Shown here: one piece after another, positions 26,735 to 35,725 of the stretch | Layout: every line of letters starts with the position of its first letter | Numbering within the stretch: position 1 is the stretch's first letter | Virus record (IMG/VR): IMGVR_UViG_3300025530_000010 | Coordinates: 7,781-71,780 of that record | Length of the DNA stretch: 64,000 nt | From: a virus | Lineage: Duplodnaviria; Caudoviricetes | Direction: 5' to 3' (one strand) | Made by a program: the position numbers and the translations under genes | Notes under the pieces: generated by a model | Seen by the model: the letters and a program-made list of their open reading frames with translations, nothing else | The model's database searches: none | What the model was told of the DNA's origin: nothing

Positions 26735-28333
26735 CTAGGGGCTCCGGTAGACGAGCTCGAGGCGGGAGCTGACCCGGGAGGCCGGGTCGAAGGCGCTGAA
26801 GATCTGGTTGATGATGTCCGGCGGCGACTTGAACTTCGCCTTGAGCTGCACAATGTCATTGACGGCCAGCCGCATGCAGCCGGTGAGGCACAGGGTCTGC
26901 GAGAAGCCTGGCTCAATTCCACTGCCGCGCAAGTACTTCGAGTCGCGGATGTAGGTGTCCTGGCCGTTGAGCATAATCACGGCGTGCGCCTCGTCGGGCA
27001 CCAGCTGGGTGTCCCACTGGATGGTGGCGTAGATGTCGTAGAGCCCCGGCTCCTTGATCACCACGTCGGTCTGCGAGGCGTTCTTGTTGAAGAAACCGAA
27101 GGTGTCCTCGATCTCCTCGGTGAACTCCAGGATGGAGCCAAATGCACTGAGCCGCTGGGCCTTTCCCTGCTGCAGACGCACGATCGGGATGTTGCCGATG
27201 GGCAGGATCGACCAACGGGTGGTCGACTCGTAGTAGGCCAGGTCCTGGATGCGGACCCACTCGATCTCCGAGGGGGTGGTCTGGCCGAGGTAGCGGGTCC
27301 CGGCCTGCATGCCCAGGCCCCACCCCCGGAATTCCGGCCCCTTGCTGCTGAGGAGCCTGGTGTCGACGATCATGGCGATGGCCTCGCCCTGCCGGTAGAT
27401 GGTCATGGTGTTGCCGACCAGGGTGGCCATCCAAATCGAATTCGGCACTTGGGTATTGATGCCCTCGATGAGGCCCAGGCGGACCTCCTCGTCTCGCCCG
27501 GCGGTGGTGTAGTAGAGGGCGAGCCAGCCGGTGCCGATACGCAGCCGCAGGTAGCTCTGCCGGTCGTCGGAGACGCGGAAGTAGAAGTCGTTGGTGGCCG
27601 CGTCGGTGAAGATCAGGACGTTCTCGACGACGACCTCGCCGACCTTCCAGGTGATGATTTGGTCGTCGGTCAGGGTCTTGGCGTCGGCGGGGTCCGTGCG
27701 GTAGGCCCAGCCCCACTTGGTCCAGTTGCCCTGGTCGATCCAGCGCAGCATGCCACCCGGGGTGGCCATGAAACCGGTGTTGGGTTCGTTTGTGTTGTAA
27801 GCGATTTCCCAGCCGCCACCACCGATGGTGGTGCTGTTCGGCGGGAAGGTGATGTGGGAGTTGATGCCGTGGACCAGCAGGGCGTCCTGGTGCATCGACC
27901 ACTGCCGGAAGATCCTGGTGTCGGTCTCGTAGATGATCATACCCTCGTCCGGCAGCGCGGGCCGGGTCGAGGAGGTGCAGATCTTCAGCGGCAGGTGCAG
28001 CAGGTTGTTGTAGTCGTGGTTGTGGTCGCCCGGGGCGGCCTGGGTCGGCCCCGGGCCCAGGGTGTGGTGGATGGCCTGGGGCGAAGTGTCGGTGTCGACG
28101 TCCTCGTGGGTGTGCTCCTGCTTGAGCTTCGGCCCGCCGGTCGGGCTGTCGGTGCCGTCGTGGTTGTGGGTCTTCTGGGCGGCGTGGACCTGCAGGGCCT
28201 CGATGGCATCGCCGAGGTCGCGGTGGTGCTCGACGTGGTTGCGGGTGGCGCTGCCCGCCGAGGACAGTGGGGTCTCCTCGGGCAGTGACGGCTCGGTGAA
28301 GGTGTCTACACCGCTCGGGTAGGAGGTCGACAT
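26735..28333 (-). CDS. virion fibre/lectin-like structural protein with C1q/TNF-like C-terminus
   Basis: His motifs THNHDG, EHTHED, IHHTLG, DHNHDY; central beta-sandwich; C-terminal IKEPGLYDIYATIQW...MRLAVNDIVQL. Confidence 0.6.
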   Translation of the reverse strand: MSTSYPSGVDTFTEPSLPEETPLSSAGSATRNHVEHHRDLGDAIEALQVHAAQKTHNHDGTDSPTGGPKLKQEHTHEDVDTDTSPQAIHHTLGPGPTQAAPGDHNHDYNNLLHLPLKICTSSTRPALPDEGMIIYETDTRIFRQWSMHQDALLVHGINSHITFPPNSTTIGGGGWEIAYNTNEPNTGFMATPGGMLRWIDQGNWTKWGWAYRTDPADAKTLTDDQIITWKVGEVVVENVLIFTDAATNDFYFRVSDDRQSYLRLRIGTGWLALYYTTAGRDEEVRLGLIEGINTQVPNSIWMATLVGNTMTIYRQGEAIAMIVDTRLLSSKGPEFRGWGLGMQAGTRYLGQTTPSEIEWVRIQDLAYYESTTRWSILPIGNIPIVRLQQGKAQRLSAFGSILEFTEEIEDTFGFFNKNASQTDVVIKEPGLYDIYATIQWDTQLVPDEAHAVIMLNGQDTYIRDSKYLRGSGIEPGFSQTLCLTGCMRLAVNDIVQLKAKFKSPPDIINQIFSAFDPASRVSSRLELVYRSP

Positions 28334-28408
28334 ACCCTGCTCCTGCTGGGTGGGCAATCAGGGGAATGCCAAGGCCCCGGCCGGGTTTCGGCCGGGGCTG
28401 GCGCTCGG

Positions 28409-28705
28409 TCAGTTGTTGGCCGGTCGCAGGATGCTGGCCGAGTCGTAGAAGTCGCGCATCCAGTCGCGGTGTGCGTGGGTGCGCAGCAGAGCCGCCTCGT
28501 CCGGGCGGGCCTGCAGCCTGTCGCCCTTGCTGCCGTCGGGCAGCTCGACGTGCTTGGCCCGCTCGGCAGCGGCCGCCTCGGCGGCCACCCCGGAGGCGGG
28601 CGGGCTGTAGAGCGCATCGAACACCGACTCGCCCCCGACGGGCAGCCCGGCGTTGAAGTGCTTGGTCTGGTAGGTGGCCTTGAACGCGGCCGGGACGGTC
28701 GTCAT
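28409..28705 (-). CDS. hypothetical head-region protein (98 aa)
   Basis: GAGGAG SD; TGATG coupling at 28705. Confidence 0.75.
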   Translation of the reverse strand: MTTVPAAFKATYQTKHFNAGLPVGGESVFDALYSPPASGVAAEAAAAERAKHVELPDGSKGDRLQARPDEAALLRTHAHRDWMRDFYDSASILRPANN

Positions 28706-28875
28706 CAGTTGGTCTCCTCGTCGCTCGGATCGGGAACAACCCAGGCAGGGTTGGGCTCGGGCACCCGGGCCATCGCGTGATGCACGCTGCTGATGTCCGG
28801 GCGGCCGGGTTCGAGCCGGGGTTGCCGGATGAGGCATCCGGCCTTGTACCAGTCGATCTCAGCAGCGGTGAACAT
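28705..28875 (-). CDS. small hypothetical protein (56 aa), below the ORF-track threshold
   Basis: hand translation MFTAAEIDWYKAGCLIRQPRLEPG...DEETN*; GAGGAG SD; stop overlaps the next start. Confidence 0.65.
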   Translation of the reverse strand: MFTAAEIDWYKAGCLIRQPRLEPGRPDISSVHHAMARVPEPNPAWVVPDPSDEETN

Positions 28876-28881
28876 CAGCGG

Positions 28882-29040
28882 CTACTCCTCTGCCCCCTCG
28901 GCGGTGGGCAACTCGGGCGGAAAGGCCAGGGCCGAGAAGACGTTGTCGTCGACGCCGCCCGGAAGTCCGGCAGTGAACTGCCGCTTCTGGTAGGCACCCG
29001 TGAACGGGTTGTGACCGGCCCAGACCGGCGCGTCGGCCAT
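28882..29040 (-). CDS. small protein (52 aa), paralog of the 28409..28705 N-terminus; below the ORF-track threshold
   Basis: hand translation MADAPVWAGHNPFTGAYQKRQFTAGLPGGVDDNVFSALAFPPELPTAEGAEE*; GGGGAG SD. Confidence 0.75.
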   Translation of the reverse strand: MADAPVWAGHNPFTGAYQKRQFTAGLPGGVDDNVFSALAFPPELPTAEGAEE

Positions 29041-29055
29041 GATGTGCTCCCCTCG

Positions 29056-29688
29056 TCAGTGGGTGGTGTCGGTCTCTCGCACGGGCGTGGTGATGGTCGC
29101 CCGGTCGAACTCCCAGCGCTGCTCCTTGGTCTCGGGGTCGATGACCGACCTCGGCGCGAACTGGAAGCTCAGGTGGCGGTGGTCGTCGCACAGCGGCGGC
29201 ACGCCCTCCCGCACCTCCTTGGGCGTCTGGTGCACGCGACCGCGCTCGATGACGCCGTTCTCGTCGGTCTTGCCGCAGACCAGGCAGGCCTTGACGGTGA
29301 TCGAAACGCTCTCGGCCGGGGTGCTCACCTCGGCGGTGGCGCCGTCGCCGCTGAAGGCCATGATCTCGGCGATCTTCTGCTCGGTGCTGGGCGACGACTG
29401 AACCAGCAGGGTGATCTGGTCCACCATCTCCGGGTCGGTGCCGATGATCAGGTCACCGCGCAGGATGAGCTTCTGCAGCCCCCGGACGGACAGGGCGGCC
29501 TTGGGCAACTCCATCACCGATTCGGGATGCCCCTTGGGTTCCAGCTCGAAATCGATCGATTCGTTGCCGACCCGCTCGTGGCAGTGCACGGGGTTGAGGG
29601 TGTTGTTGGCGATGAACAGCGGACCGTCGTGGGTGCGCAACTCGTGCAGGGTACGCTGCGTGACCATCGGGGTTGTTGCGGTGGTCAT
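29056..29688 (-). CDS. head-associated protein with C-terminal CxxC...C..H Zn motif
   Basis: GGAGGAG SD; ACLVCGK...PLCDDH; post-capsid position. Confidence 0.7.
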   Translation of the reverse strand: MTTATTPMVTQRTLHELRTHDGPLFIANNTLNPVHCHERVGNESIDFELEPKGHPESVMELPKAALSVRGLQKLILRGDLIIGTDPEMVDQITLLVQSSPSTEQKIAEIMAFSGDGATAEVSTPAESVSITVKACLVCGKTDENGVIERGRVHQTPKEVREGVPPLCDDHRHLSFQFAPRSVIDPETKEQRWEFDRATITTPVRETDTTH

Positions 29689-29720
29689 GAAAGCTCCTCC
29701 AGGTCGGTGTCTCCTTGCAC

Positions 29721-29753
29721 CTATTCCTGGGGAGAGGGAGGGCCATCCACAGG
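29721..29753 (-). promoter_or_regulatory. putative late promoter
   Basis: CCTGTG-N19-AGGAATAG. Confidence 0.55.
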
Positions 29754-29771
29754 GATGTCCCTCCGGGCAGA

Positions 29772-29975
29772 TCAAAGCCGGACAAGCTTGACGGGAACGT
29801 GTGCCGCCGCATGCGGGTCGATGTTGATCACGACCGGGTAGGCGATGGGGATGCGCCCCTCGGCGGCGAGCCGGTCGACGAACTCCTGCATGCCGTGCTC
29901 GCAATCGCTCTGGACGACGATACGGCACTGCTGGCCGGTGAGCCGGTCGAGCATGGTCACCAGGTAGCTGGTCAT
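29772..29975 (-). CDS. small hypothetical protein (67 aa)
   Basis: GGGGAGGGG SD region; typical codon bias. Confidence 0.6.
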   Translation of the reverse strand: MTSYLVTMLDRLTGQQCRIVVQSDCEHGMQEFVDRLAAEGRIPIAYPVVINIDPHAAAHVPVKLVRL

Positions 29976-30067
29976 GTCCGGCCTCACCCCTCCCCCACGT
30001 TTTCACTTCCGGTTGTTATCACCGTAAGTGAAAACGCCGTGGTCGGCAAGGGTTACCGGGCCCAGGC

Positions 30068-30328
30068 CTAGCGCTTGACCGCCGCCTGGGCCAGCACCTT
30101 CACGTGCTCGTCATCCAGGCCGACCCGGTCCTTGAGCAGGGTGAACCACAGCACCGAGTTGGGCGGGTACGGGTCGTCGGCGAGCTCGTAGACCTCGGCG
30201 ATGGTGGTGGGGCGGCGCACCGGGTCCGGCGGGGGCAGGTGCCGCACGATGTCCACCAGCTGCTCGAAGTCGACCTCGCCGCGCACGAAGGCCCGGCAGG
30301 CGTCGCGGTAGTTCTCCGGCTTCCGCAT
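30068..30328 (-). CDS. small helical protein; candidate antitoxin/immunity for the zeta-like domain
   Basis: directly downstream of the zeta domain; own extended -10 (TG-C-TATTAT, 30354-30362) and GAGGGGAG SD. Confidence 0.7.
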   Translation of the reverse strand: MRKPENYRDACRAFVRGEVDFEQLVDIVRHLPPPDPVRRPTTIAEVYELADDPYPPNSVLWFTLLKDRVGLDDEHVKVLAQAAVKR

Positions 30329-30375
30329 CTCATCTCCCCTCTATCACACTTCTATAATAGCACTGGGGCATTTGC

Positions 30376-33300
30376 TCAGCGCAGGCCGGGGGCGCCCGTC
30401 TGGGGCAGGTAGGCCGGGTGCTGGGAGGGGTCCAGCAGGTCGTAGGGGCCGTCGATGAGGAACGGCCGGTAGCTCTCGTCCATGCCGTAGGTCCAGGCGT
30501 TGGCGAAGGCCCCCTTGCCCTGCTCGAAGTTGAGCCGGTTGACCGAGTGGTACTGCGGGTCCGGGCTGACGCTGTTGGCGATGAACTCCGGCGGCACCAG
30601 GCGCCCGCCGTAGGGGTTCTCGCCCCGGGCGTGGCGTTCGAGCTGGTCGACGTAGCGGTTGCGGGCACTGGCCAGCGACCGCTCGACGGGGATGTCGAGG
30701 AAGATCCCGTAGGGGGCCTCGTACCCGGCATCCCGCAGCTCCTGAATGCGGCTGGGGAGATGGTTGGGGTTGCGCAGCGTGCCGTCGAAGATGATGTTGG
30801 TGCCGTGCCTCATGGCCCGCTGCGCCAAGCGACGGGCCAGGTGCGACGATTCTTGATGAAACAGCGGCGCCAGTTCCATCGGGGTGTAGCCCTCGATCTG
30901 CGGCACCATCCCCCGGTCGATGAGCGCCTCCTTGATCTCATCGGGGTCGATGCGCAGGAAGTCGTCGGGCGAGCCCAGCCCCGGGATGTGCTGCAGCTTC
31001 CGTAGCAGCGTGCTCTTGCCGGAGCCCGGCAGCCCGCCGAGGATCAGTGCCCGCCGGTCGCGCGGGACGTGCTTGCCGCGCCGCTCCCAGATCTCGTCGA
31101 GGATCTCGTCGTGCAGCGCCGCACGCTCGGGCGTGTAGGTGCCGTCCGGCCCGGTGTAGACCAGGCTGGTGTTGAGGTGGGCGTTCTGCTCGAGGTCGCG
31201 GGCCAGCCTGGCGATGTGCTGGTCGAGCGCCTCCCCGGACAGGAAGGCCCCCCGGCGCCGCCGCGACGCCAGGCGCTCGTCGCCGTGGCCGCGCTGCCAG
31301 ACCGGCGACCACTTCTCCGACCCGTAGGGCTTGATCGCCACGTCGGTGATGCGCATGGGGGCGCCCGGCACCATGGTGACCTCGTACTCCCTGTCGTACT
31401 GGCCGCCGGTGTTGGAGCGCAGGGGATCCTCGCCACGGCCACCCCAGTCGGCCTGCATCCTCACCGGCAGGAAACGGGGGTGCTTGTGGGTCGGCACGGC
31501 GAAGCTGTGGGCCACGTAGGGGTCGATCGACCAGTGCCTGCCCACCCCCCGGGAGGTCTCGTGCGGCGCCAGCGGGATCTGGCCACGGTGGTTGTCGAGG
31601 TAGTCCAGGATGAGCTTGCCGATCTCGGGGTCGTCGACCCTCGGGTTGCCGAAAGCCTCGGCGTAGTAGGGATCCTCGGGGTCGAAGTCATGGACCGAGG
31701 GGATGTTGCGGTGCGCGGGGTTGAGCTCCGAGCGCGTCATGCCGGGCAGCACCTCCTGGGCGACCGCCTCACTGACCGCGCCCCTGAAGGCGTCCCCGTA
31801 CTCGGTCATGGCCACGTCACCGAGCAGGTCCTTGTGGTGCTGGTCGCCCCCGTCCTCAAGAGCGTCGCCGTACAGGCGCTTCCGGAGCTCCTCGGCCCCG
31901 GGGTGGAGCAGGTCGATGACGGTGCCCCGGTACAGCGCCGCCGGGGACATCGCGATCGGCATGCCCTCCAGCATATCGTCTGGGTCGATGGGCTCGGGAC
32001 TGGTGATGATGGAGGGCCTCGAGATGTCTTGGGCCCGTGGGTTCCAGTCGTTGGGCGAGTAGTAGTAGCGCCCTTGGCTTTCGACGTACGGGCGCTGCTG
32101 CTCCTTGAACATCATGGACTTTCCCGGCCGCCCAGCCGGATCCGATGGCGAGTGGCCCGGCCTCGGCGGCACCCACTCATCGGGGAAGTACTCGAAATCC
32201 TCGTAGTTCTCCACGGCGGCGTCGGGGTTGGCGTACCACTCCTCGAGCACCGCGTCCGGGATCTGCTCCTTCCAGGCCTGGACGTCGGGGTCGCTCCAGG
32301 GATCCGAAGCGCCGAGCTCGTTTTCGACCATGTGGCTGAAGATGTAGTCCCACAGCTCTTCCCGGTCGGCAAGAGGAGTGGTGGCGGTGCGGCGGGTCGA
32401 CGCCAGGCGCTTGTCGGTCTTCCCGCGCTGCCAGACCGACGACCAGTCGTCGTTGCCGTACGGCCTGATCGACACGTCGGTGATGCGCATGGGGGCGCCT
32501 GGCACCATGGTGATTTCGCGTTCGTCGGCATAATTGCCGCCGGTGTTGGAGCGCAGCGGATCCTCGCCACGGCCACCCCACTCGGCCTCCAGCAACACCG
32601 GCAGGAAGCGGGGGTGCTTGATTTCGACCTCGGAGAAGTCCTGTGCCCGACTGGGACTCGTCGACCAGTGCCTTCCCATTCCCCGGGAGGTCTCGTGCGC
32701 CTTGGCCGGGGTCTGCCTGCGGTAGGCGTCGAGGTAGTCGAGGATCAGCGGCCCAAGTTCCGGGTCGGAGACGGGGAGGTCGTACTCGATCTCATCGGAG
32801 TGGGGCTTGAGGTCACGGCGCCCCATCCCGGGCAGGGGCCGGTGTGCGTCCTCAAGCTCGAGGGCCTCGTACAGCTGCTCCTCGTAACCCCACGGCTCCG
32901 GAGGGCGCTTCCTGAACTTCTCGACCATCCCCTCGGCCATGTCCTCCAGGGCGTCACCGAAGATCCGCTGGCGGATCTCCTTGGCGGCCGGGTGCACCAG
33001 GTCGATGAAGGTGCCCCGGTACAGCGGCACCGACAGCTCCTCGGTGGGCATGCCCGGCAGGATGTCCTCCGGGTCGTACGCCTCGGGGTCAGCCTCGGTC
33101 TTCGGACGTGCCTTGCTGGGGGCCTTGGGGTTCCAGTCGTTAGGCGCGTAATACGGTTTCCCCGAAGGAGTTTCGGGGCGAGAGGCGGCGTCGAAAAGCG
33201 GTGTGTCGAGGCCTAGTTCGCCCTCCTCGTCCGACCCGTACCACTCCCCCTCCGGTGGGGTGTAGCCGTGGTGGTCGTCCATGAAGTCCTGCCAGTTCTC

Positions 33301-35622
33301 CAGGGCCAGCTCGGGATCCTCGCGCCACTCCTCGAGCACCGAGTCGGGGACCTGCTTCAGCCAGCTCCAGGCGTCCGATTCGGTGAAGCTCCACCCCGGA
33401 ATGGCGTCGTTGTCCCTCAGGTACTGGATCAGGTACTCCTCTTCCCAGTCCCGCGAGTAGGCGGTCTTGCGGACCCGAGCCTCCTTCGCCTTGGGGGCAC
33501 GGTGCGGGAAGTTCTTGGCGATCCAGGACTGCAGGTAGTCCATCCACGACATCGTCGTCGAGGAGATGCGGCGCAGCCAGCTCGGAGTCTCGCGCAGCCG
33601 GAGCTCCGGGCGCCGGGGGTCCACGATCCAGTCCGGGCTGCGCTCGCGCTGGTACTGCGGGATGGGCGGATAGGGGCTGTCGGCCGACAGCGGATTCTTC
33701 TCCATCCAGGCCTGCAGCTTCTCCGGGTCGTCGAAACCCGGGAAGTCCCTTGGCATCTGGCCGGTTTCAGGTTGCGGGCGCGAGTTGCCGTAGTCGAGAA
33801 GGTCCTGCTTGAACTTCGTCCACGCGATGGCCTGCGCCTGCTTGGGGATCAGGAACTGCAGGGGGTCCTCGCGCATCAGGTTGATGCGCCGGGTGGCCTC
33901 GGCGGCCGCACGGGCGTGCAGGTCGTAGGCTGGTTGGAAGTTCTCCCCGTTGATCTTCACCTTTGCGTCGAAGTACTTGGGGGTCTGGTACTTCAAGCTC
34001 TTCAGGTCGACGCCGTGCGGGGTGCCCGACATGCGCACGTGGTGGGTGTCGACGGTGACGTCCTGGTCGGGGATCAGGCGCCAGTCCGGCTCGCCGGTGT
34101 AGGGGTTGATCGGGATCTCGTAGTACCCCTCGTCGTCGTCGAATCCCTCCCTGGGTTCGCGCAGTCGGGTGCCGTCGAGGATGTTGTTGTAGAAGGCCCG
34201 GGTCTTGTTGCCGATCATCATCTCGGCGAAATCGGTTCCGGACGGGGCGTGGTAGATGTCGATGGCCTGCTGGATCTGCTTGCTCGGCGCCTTCGGGAAA
34301 CCGAAGTTCGGGTCGGTGCCGTCGTAGTGGGTCAGGAAGTGGGCGGCCTGCTCGACGTTGTCGTCCCAGGCCTTTACCGGCGAGAGGGCCGACATGACCG
34401 CCACCGCGCGAGGCAGGTCGCCCCAGGTCTTGTCGGACAGCTCCTTGGCGAAATCCCTTGCCGCCGAATACCATACGCGACCCGCGAACTGCTGTTCGGG
34501 CGTGGCGTTGAGGATGTGGTCCATGTGGTTGCGCACCAGGTCCTCGAAGGTGATCCCGGTGCCGTTGAGTATCCCGTAGGGGTCGTTGATCGGGTCCTCG
34601 CTGGCCTCAGCCCGCTTGCGGGATTGCGGCGACAGCTTCGCCTTGAGCGGGTGCGGGAGGTCCGACGACATCGGCGGGCGGCTGCTGGACTGGAAGGCGC
34701 CGTAGTCGTCGGCGGTGCGCCAGTCGACCTTCAGCCACGGCCGGTCGTCGGGGACGAGGTCGTCGTCGGCGACGGCCGTGCGGTGGCCGATGCGGTACAT
34801 GCTGGGCTTGAGCAGGGCGACCTTCTGCGGGGCGAAGGCGCCGTTGAGGATCAGCGACGAGTTCTGCCCGAGGGTCTCGGTGGCCAGGGCGGGCAGCGCC
34901 TGGGGGCTGAACATCCTGGAGTGCGCCAGGAAGGAGGCGTGCTCGCCGTGGCGGTCGAACGACCGGCCGGTCGCGGCGTGGCCGAACAGGTCGTGGACAA
35001 AGCGGAAGCGGTTGTTCGTCTCGTCGTCGAAGTACGGGTGCCCGCCGGTGACGTCGGTGCCCAGCACGCGCAGGCGCCGGTTGGCGTTGAGGTCGTCGAG
35101 CAGCTCGTGGACGTCGGCGTAGGGGTCGTAGTCGACCCACTCGGGCCTGACCCCCATCTGGTTGACCGCGAAGTCGAACTGCCGGTCGACGTCGCGGGCC
35201 ATCGCCTCAAAGTGCGGCACGGCCCGGTCGTCCCACTCGGGCAACTGGTCGTAGTAGCGGCCGACGGTGCGGACGCGCTCGGGCGTCTGGCGGATGTCGG
35301 CGTAGCTCGTGGCGTGCGGGTCGGCGAGGCTGTTCAGCCGTGCATACCCCCGGGCGCCCTCGACGGCGTGCCGCCAGGGGTCGAAGGCGACGTGGCGCTC
35401 CCAGCCGGTCGGGTCGGCCAGGCGGGCCTCCTGCTCCTCCAGGCTGAGGGCCGCGACCCTCGGCAGCAGCAGGCGCCGTCCGCCGGTGGTGTGCACGCAC
35501 CCGGAGAGCCCGGCCAGCAGGGCCAGGTCCGGGTGCGGTTCGTGGACGGAGGCGAACCGGTGCGGATACATCGCCGCCAGCGCGGCGACCTGCTCTCGAT
35601 GCGTGACGATTCTGCGGGCCAC
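30376..35622 (-). CDS. 1748-aa polyvalent protein: His-motif domain, HhH-glycosylase-like domain, two ADP-ribosyltransferase-like repeats, zeta-toxin-like kinase
   Basis: FRFVHDLFGH; GRVWY...ALSP...KTRAFYNNI...VTVDTHH; LYRG/HWST/EREI and LYRG/HWSI/EYEV; LILGGLPGSGKS-IDPDEIK-NIIFDGT. Confidence 0.85.
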   Translation of the reverse strand: MARRIVTHREQVAALAAMYPHRFASVHEPHPDLALLAGLSGCVHTTGGRRLLLPRVAALSLEEQEARLADPTGWERHVAFDPWRHAVEGARGYARLNSLADPHATSYADIRQTPERVRTVGRYYDQLPEWDDRAVPHFEAMARDVDRQFDFAVNQMGVRPEWVDYDPYADVHELLDDLNANRRLRVLGTDVTGGHPYFDDETNNRFRFVHDLFGHAATGRSFDRHGEHASFLAHSRMFSPQALPALATETLGQNSSLILNGAFAPQKVALLKPSMYRIGHRTAVADDDLVPDDRPWLKVDWRTADDYGAFQSSSRPPMSSDLPHPLKAKLSPQSRKRAEASEDPINDPYGILNGTGITFEDLVRNHMDHILNATPEQQFAGRVWYSAARDFAKELSDKTWGDLPRAVAVMSALSPVKAWDDNVEQAAHFLTHYDGTDPNFGFPKAPSKQIQQAIDIYHAPSGTDFAEMMIGNKTRAFYNNILDGTRLREPREGFDDDEGYYEIPINPYTGEPDWRLIPDQDVTVDTHHVRMSGTPHGVDLKSLKYQTPKYFDAKVKINGENFQPAYDLHARAAAEATRRINLMREDPLQFLIPKQAQAIAWTKFKQDLLDYGNSRPQPETGQMPRDFPGFDDPEKLQAWMEKNPLSADSPYPPIPQYQRERSPDWIVDPRRPELRLRETPSWLRRISSTTMSWMDYLQSWIAKNFPHRAPKAKEARVRKTAYSRDWEEEYLIQYLRDNDAIPGWSFTESDAWSWLKQVPDSVLEEWREDPELALENWQDFMDDHHGYTPPEGEWYGSDEEGELGLDTPLFDAASRPETPSGKPYYAPNDWNPKAPSKARPKTEADPEAYDPEDILPGMPTEELSVPLYRGTFIDLVHPAAKEIRQRIFGDALEDMAEGMVEKFRKRPPEPWGYEEQLYEALELEDAHRPLPGMGRRDLKPHSDEIEYDLPVSDPELGPLILDYLDAYRRQTPAKAHETSRGMGRHWSTSPSRAQDFSEVEIKHPRFLPVLLEAEWGGRGEDPLRSNTGGNYADEREITMVPGAPMRITDVSIRPYGNDDWSSVWQRGKTDKRLASTRRTATTPLADREELWDYIFSHMVENELGASDPWSDPDVQAWKEQIPDAVLEEWYANPDAAVENYEDFEYFPDEWVPPRPGHSPSDPAGRPGKSMMFKEQQRPYVESQGRYYYSPNDWNPRAQDISRPSIITSPEPIDPDDMLEGMPIAMSPAALYRGTVIDLLHPGAEELRKRLYGDALEDGGDQHHKDLLGDVAMTEYGDAFRGAVSEAVAQEVLPGMTRSELNPAHRNIPSVHDFDPEDPYYAEAFGNPRVDDPEIGKLILDYLDNHRGQIPLAPHETSRGVGRHWSIDPYVAHSFAVPTHKHPRFLPVRMQADWGGRGEDPLRSNTGGQYDREYEVTMVPGAPMRITDVAIKPYGSEKWSPVWQRGHGDERLASRRRRGAFLSGEALDQHIARLARDLEQNAHLNTSLVYTGPDGTYTPERAALHDEILDEIWERRGKHVPRDRRALILGGLPGSGKSTLLRKLQHIPGLGSPDDFLRIDPDEIKEALIDRGMVPQIEGYTPMELAPLFHQESSHLARRLAQRAMRHGTNIIFDGTLRNPNHLPSRIQELRDAGYEAPYGIFLDIPVERSLASARNRYVDQLERHARGENPYGGRLVPPEFIANSVSPDPQYHSVNRLNFEQGKGAFANAWTYGMDESYRPFLIDGPYDLLDPSQHPAYLPQTGAPGLR

Positions 35623-35637
35623 CCCTAACCTCCTCGC

Positions 35638-35669
35638 CTATTCCTCATTGGGAGGGGCGGGCATACAGG
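35638..35669 (-). promoter_or_regulatory. putative late promoter (polyvalent protein)
   Basis: CCTGTA-N18-AGGAATAG then GAGGAGG SD. Confidence 0.7.
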
Positions 35670-35690
35670 CTCCCGTCTCTATAGGCCAAT

Positions 35691-35719
35691 TTGCATGTAT
35701 CTATAAAAACTGCTATGAT
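35691..35719 (+). promoter_or_regulatory. strong SigA-like promoter, leaderless
   Basis: TTGCAT-N17-TATGAT with extended TG; ATG 6 nt after the -10. Confidence 0.85.
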
Positions 35720-35725
35720 AAAGAC

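Noticed and set aside
31270-33460. Diversity-generating retroelement TR/VR pair
   Set aside because: Differences between the repeats are not adenine-restricted, both copies are in-frame coding domains, and no reverse transcriptase is in the window
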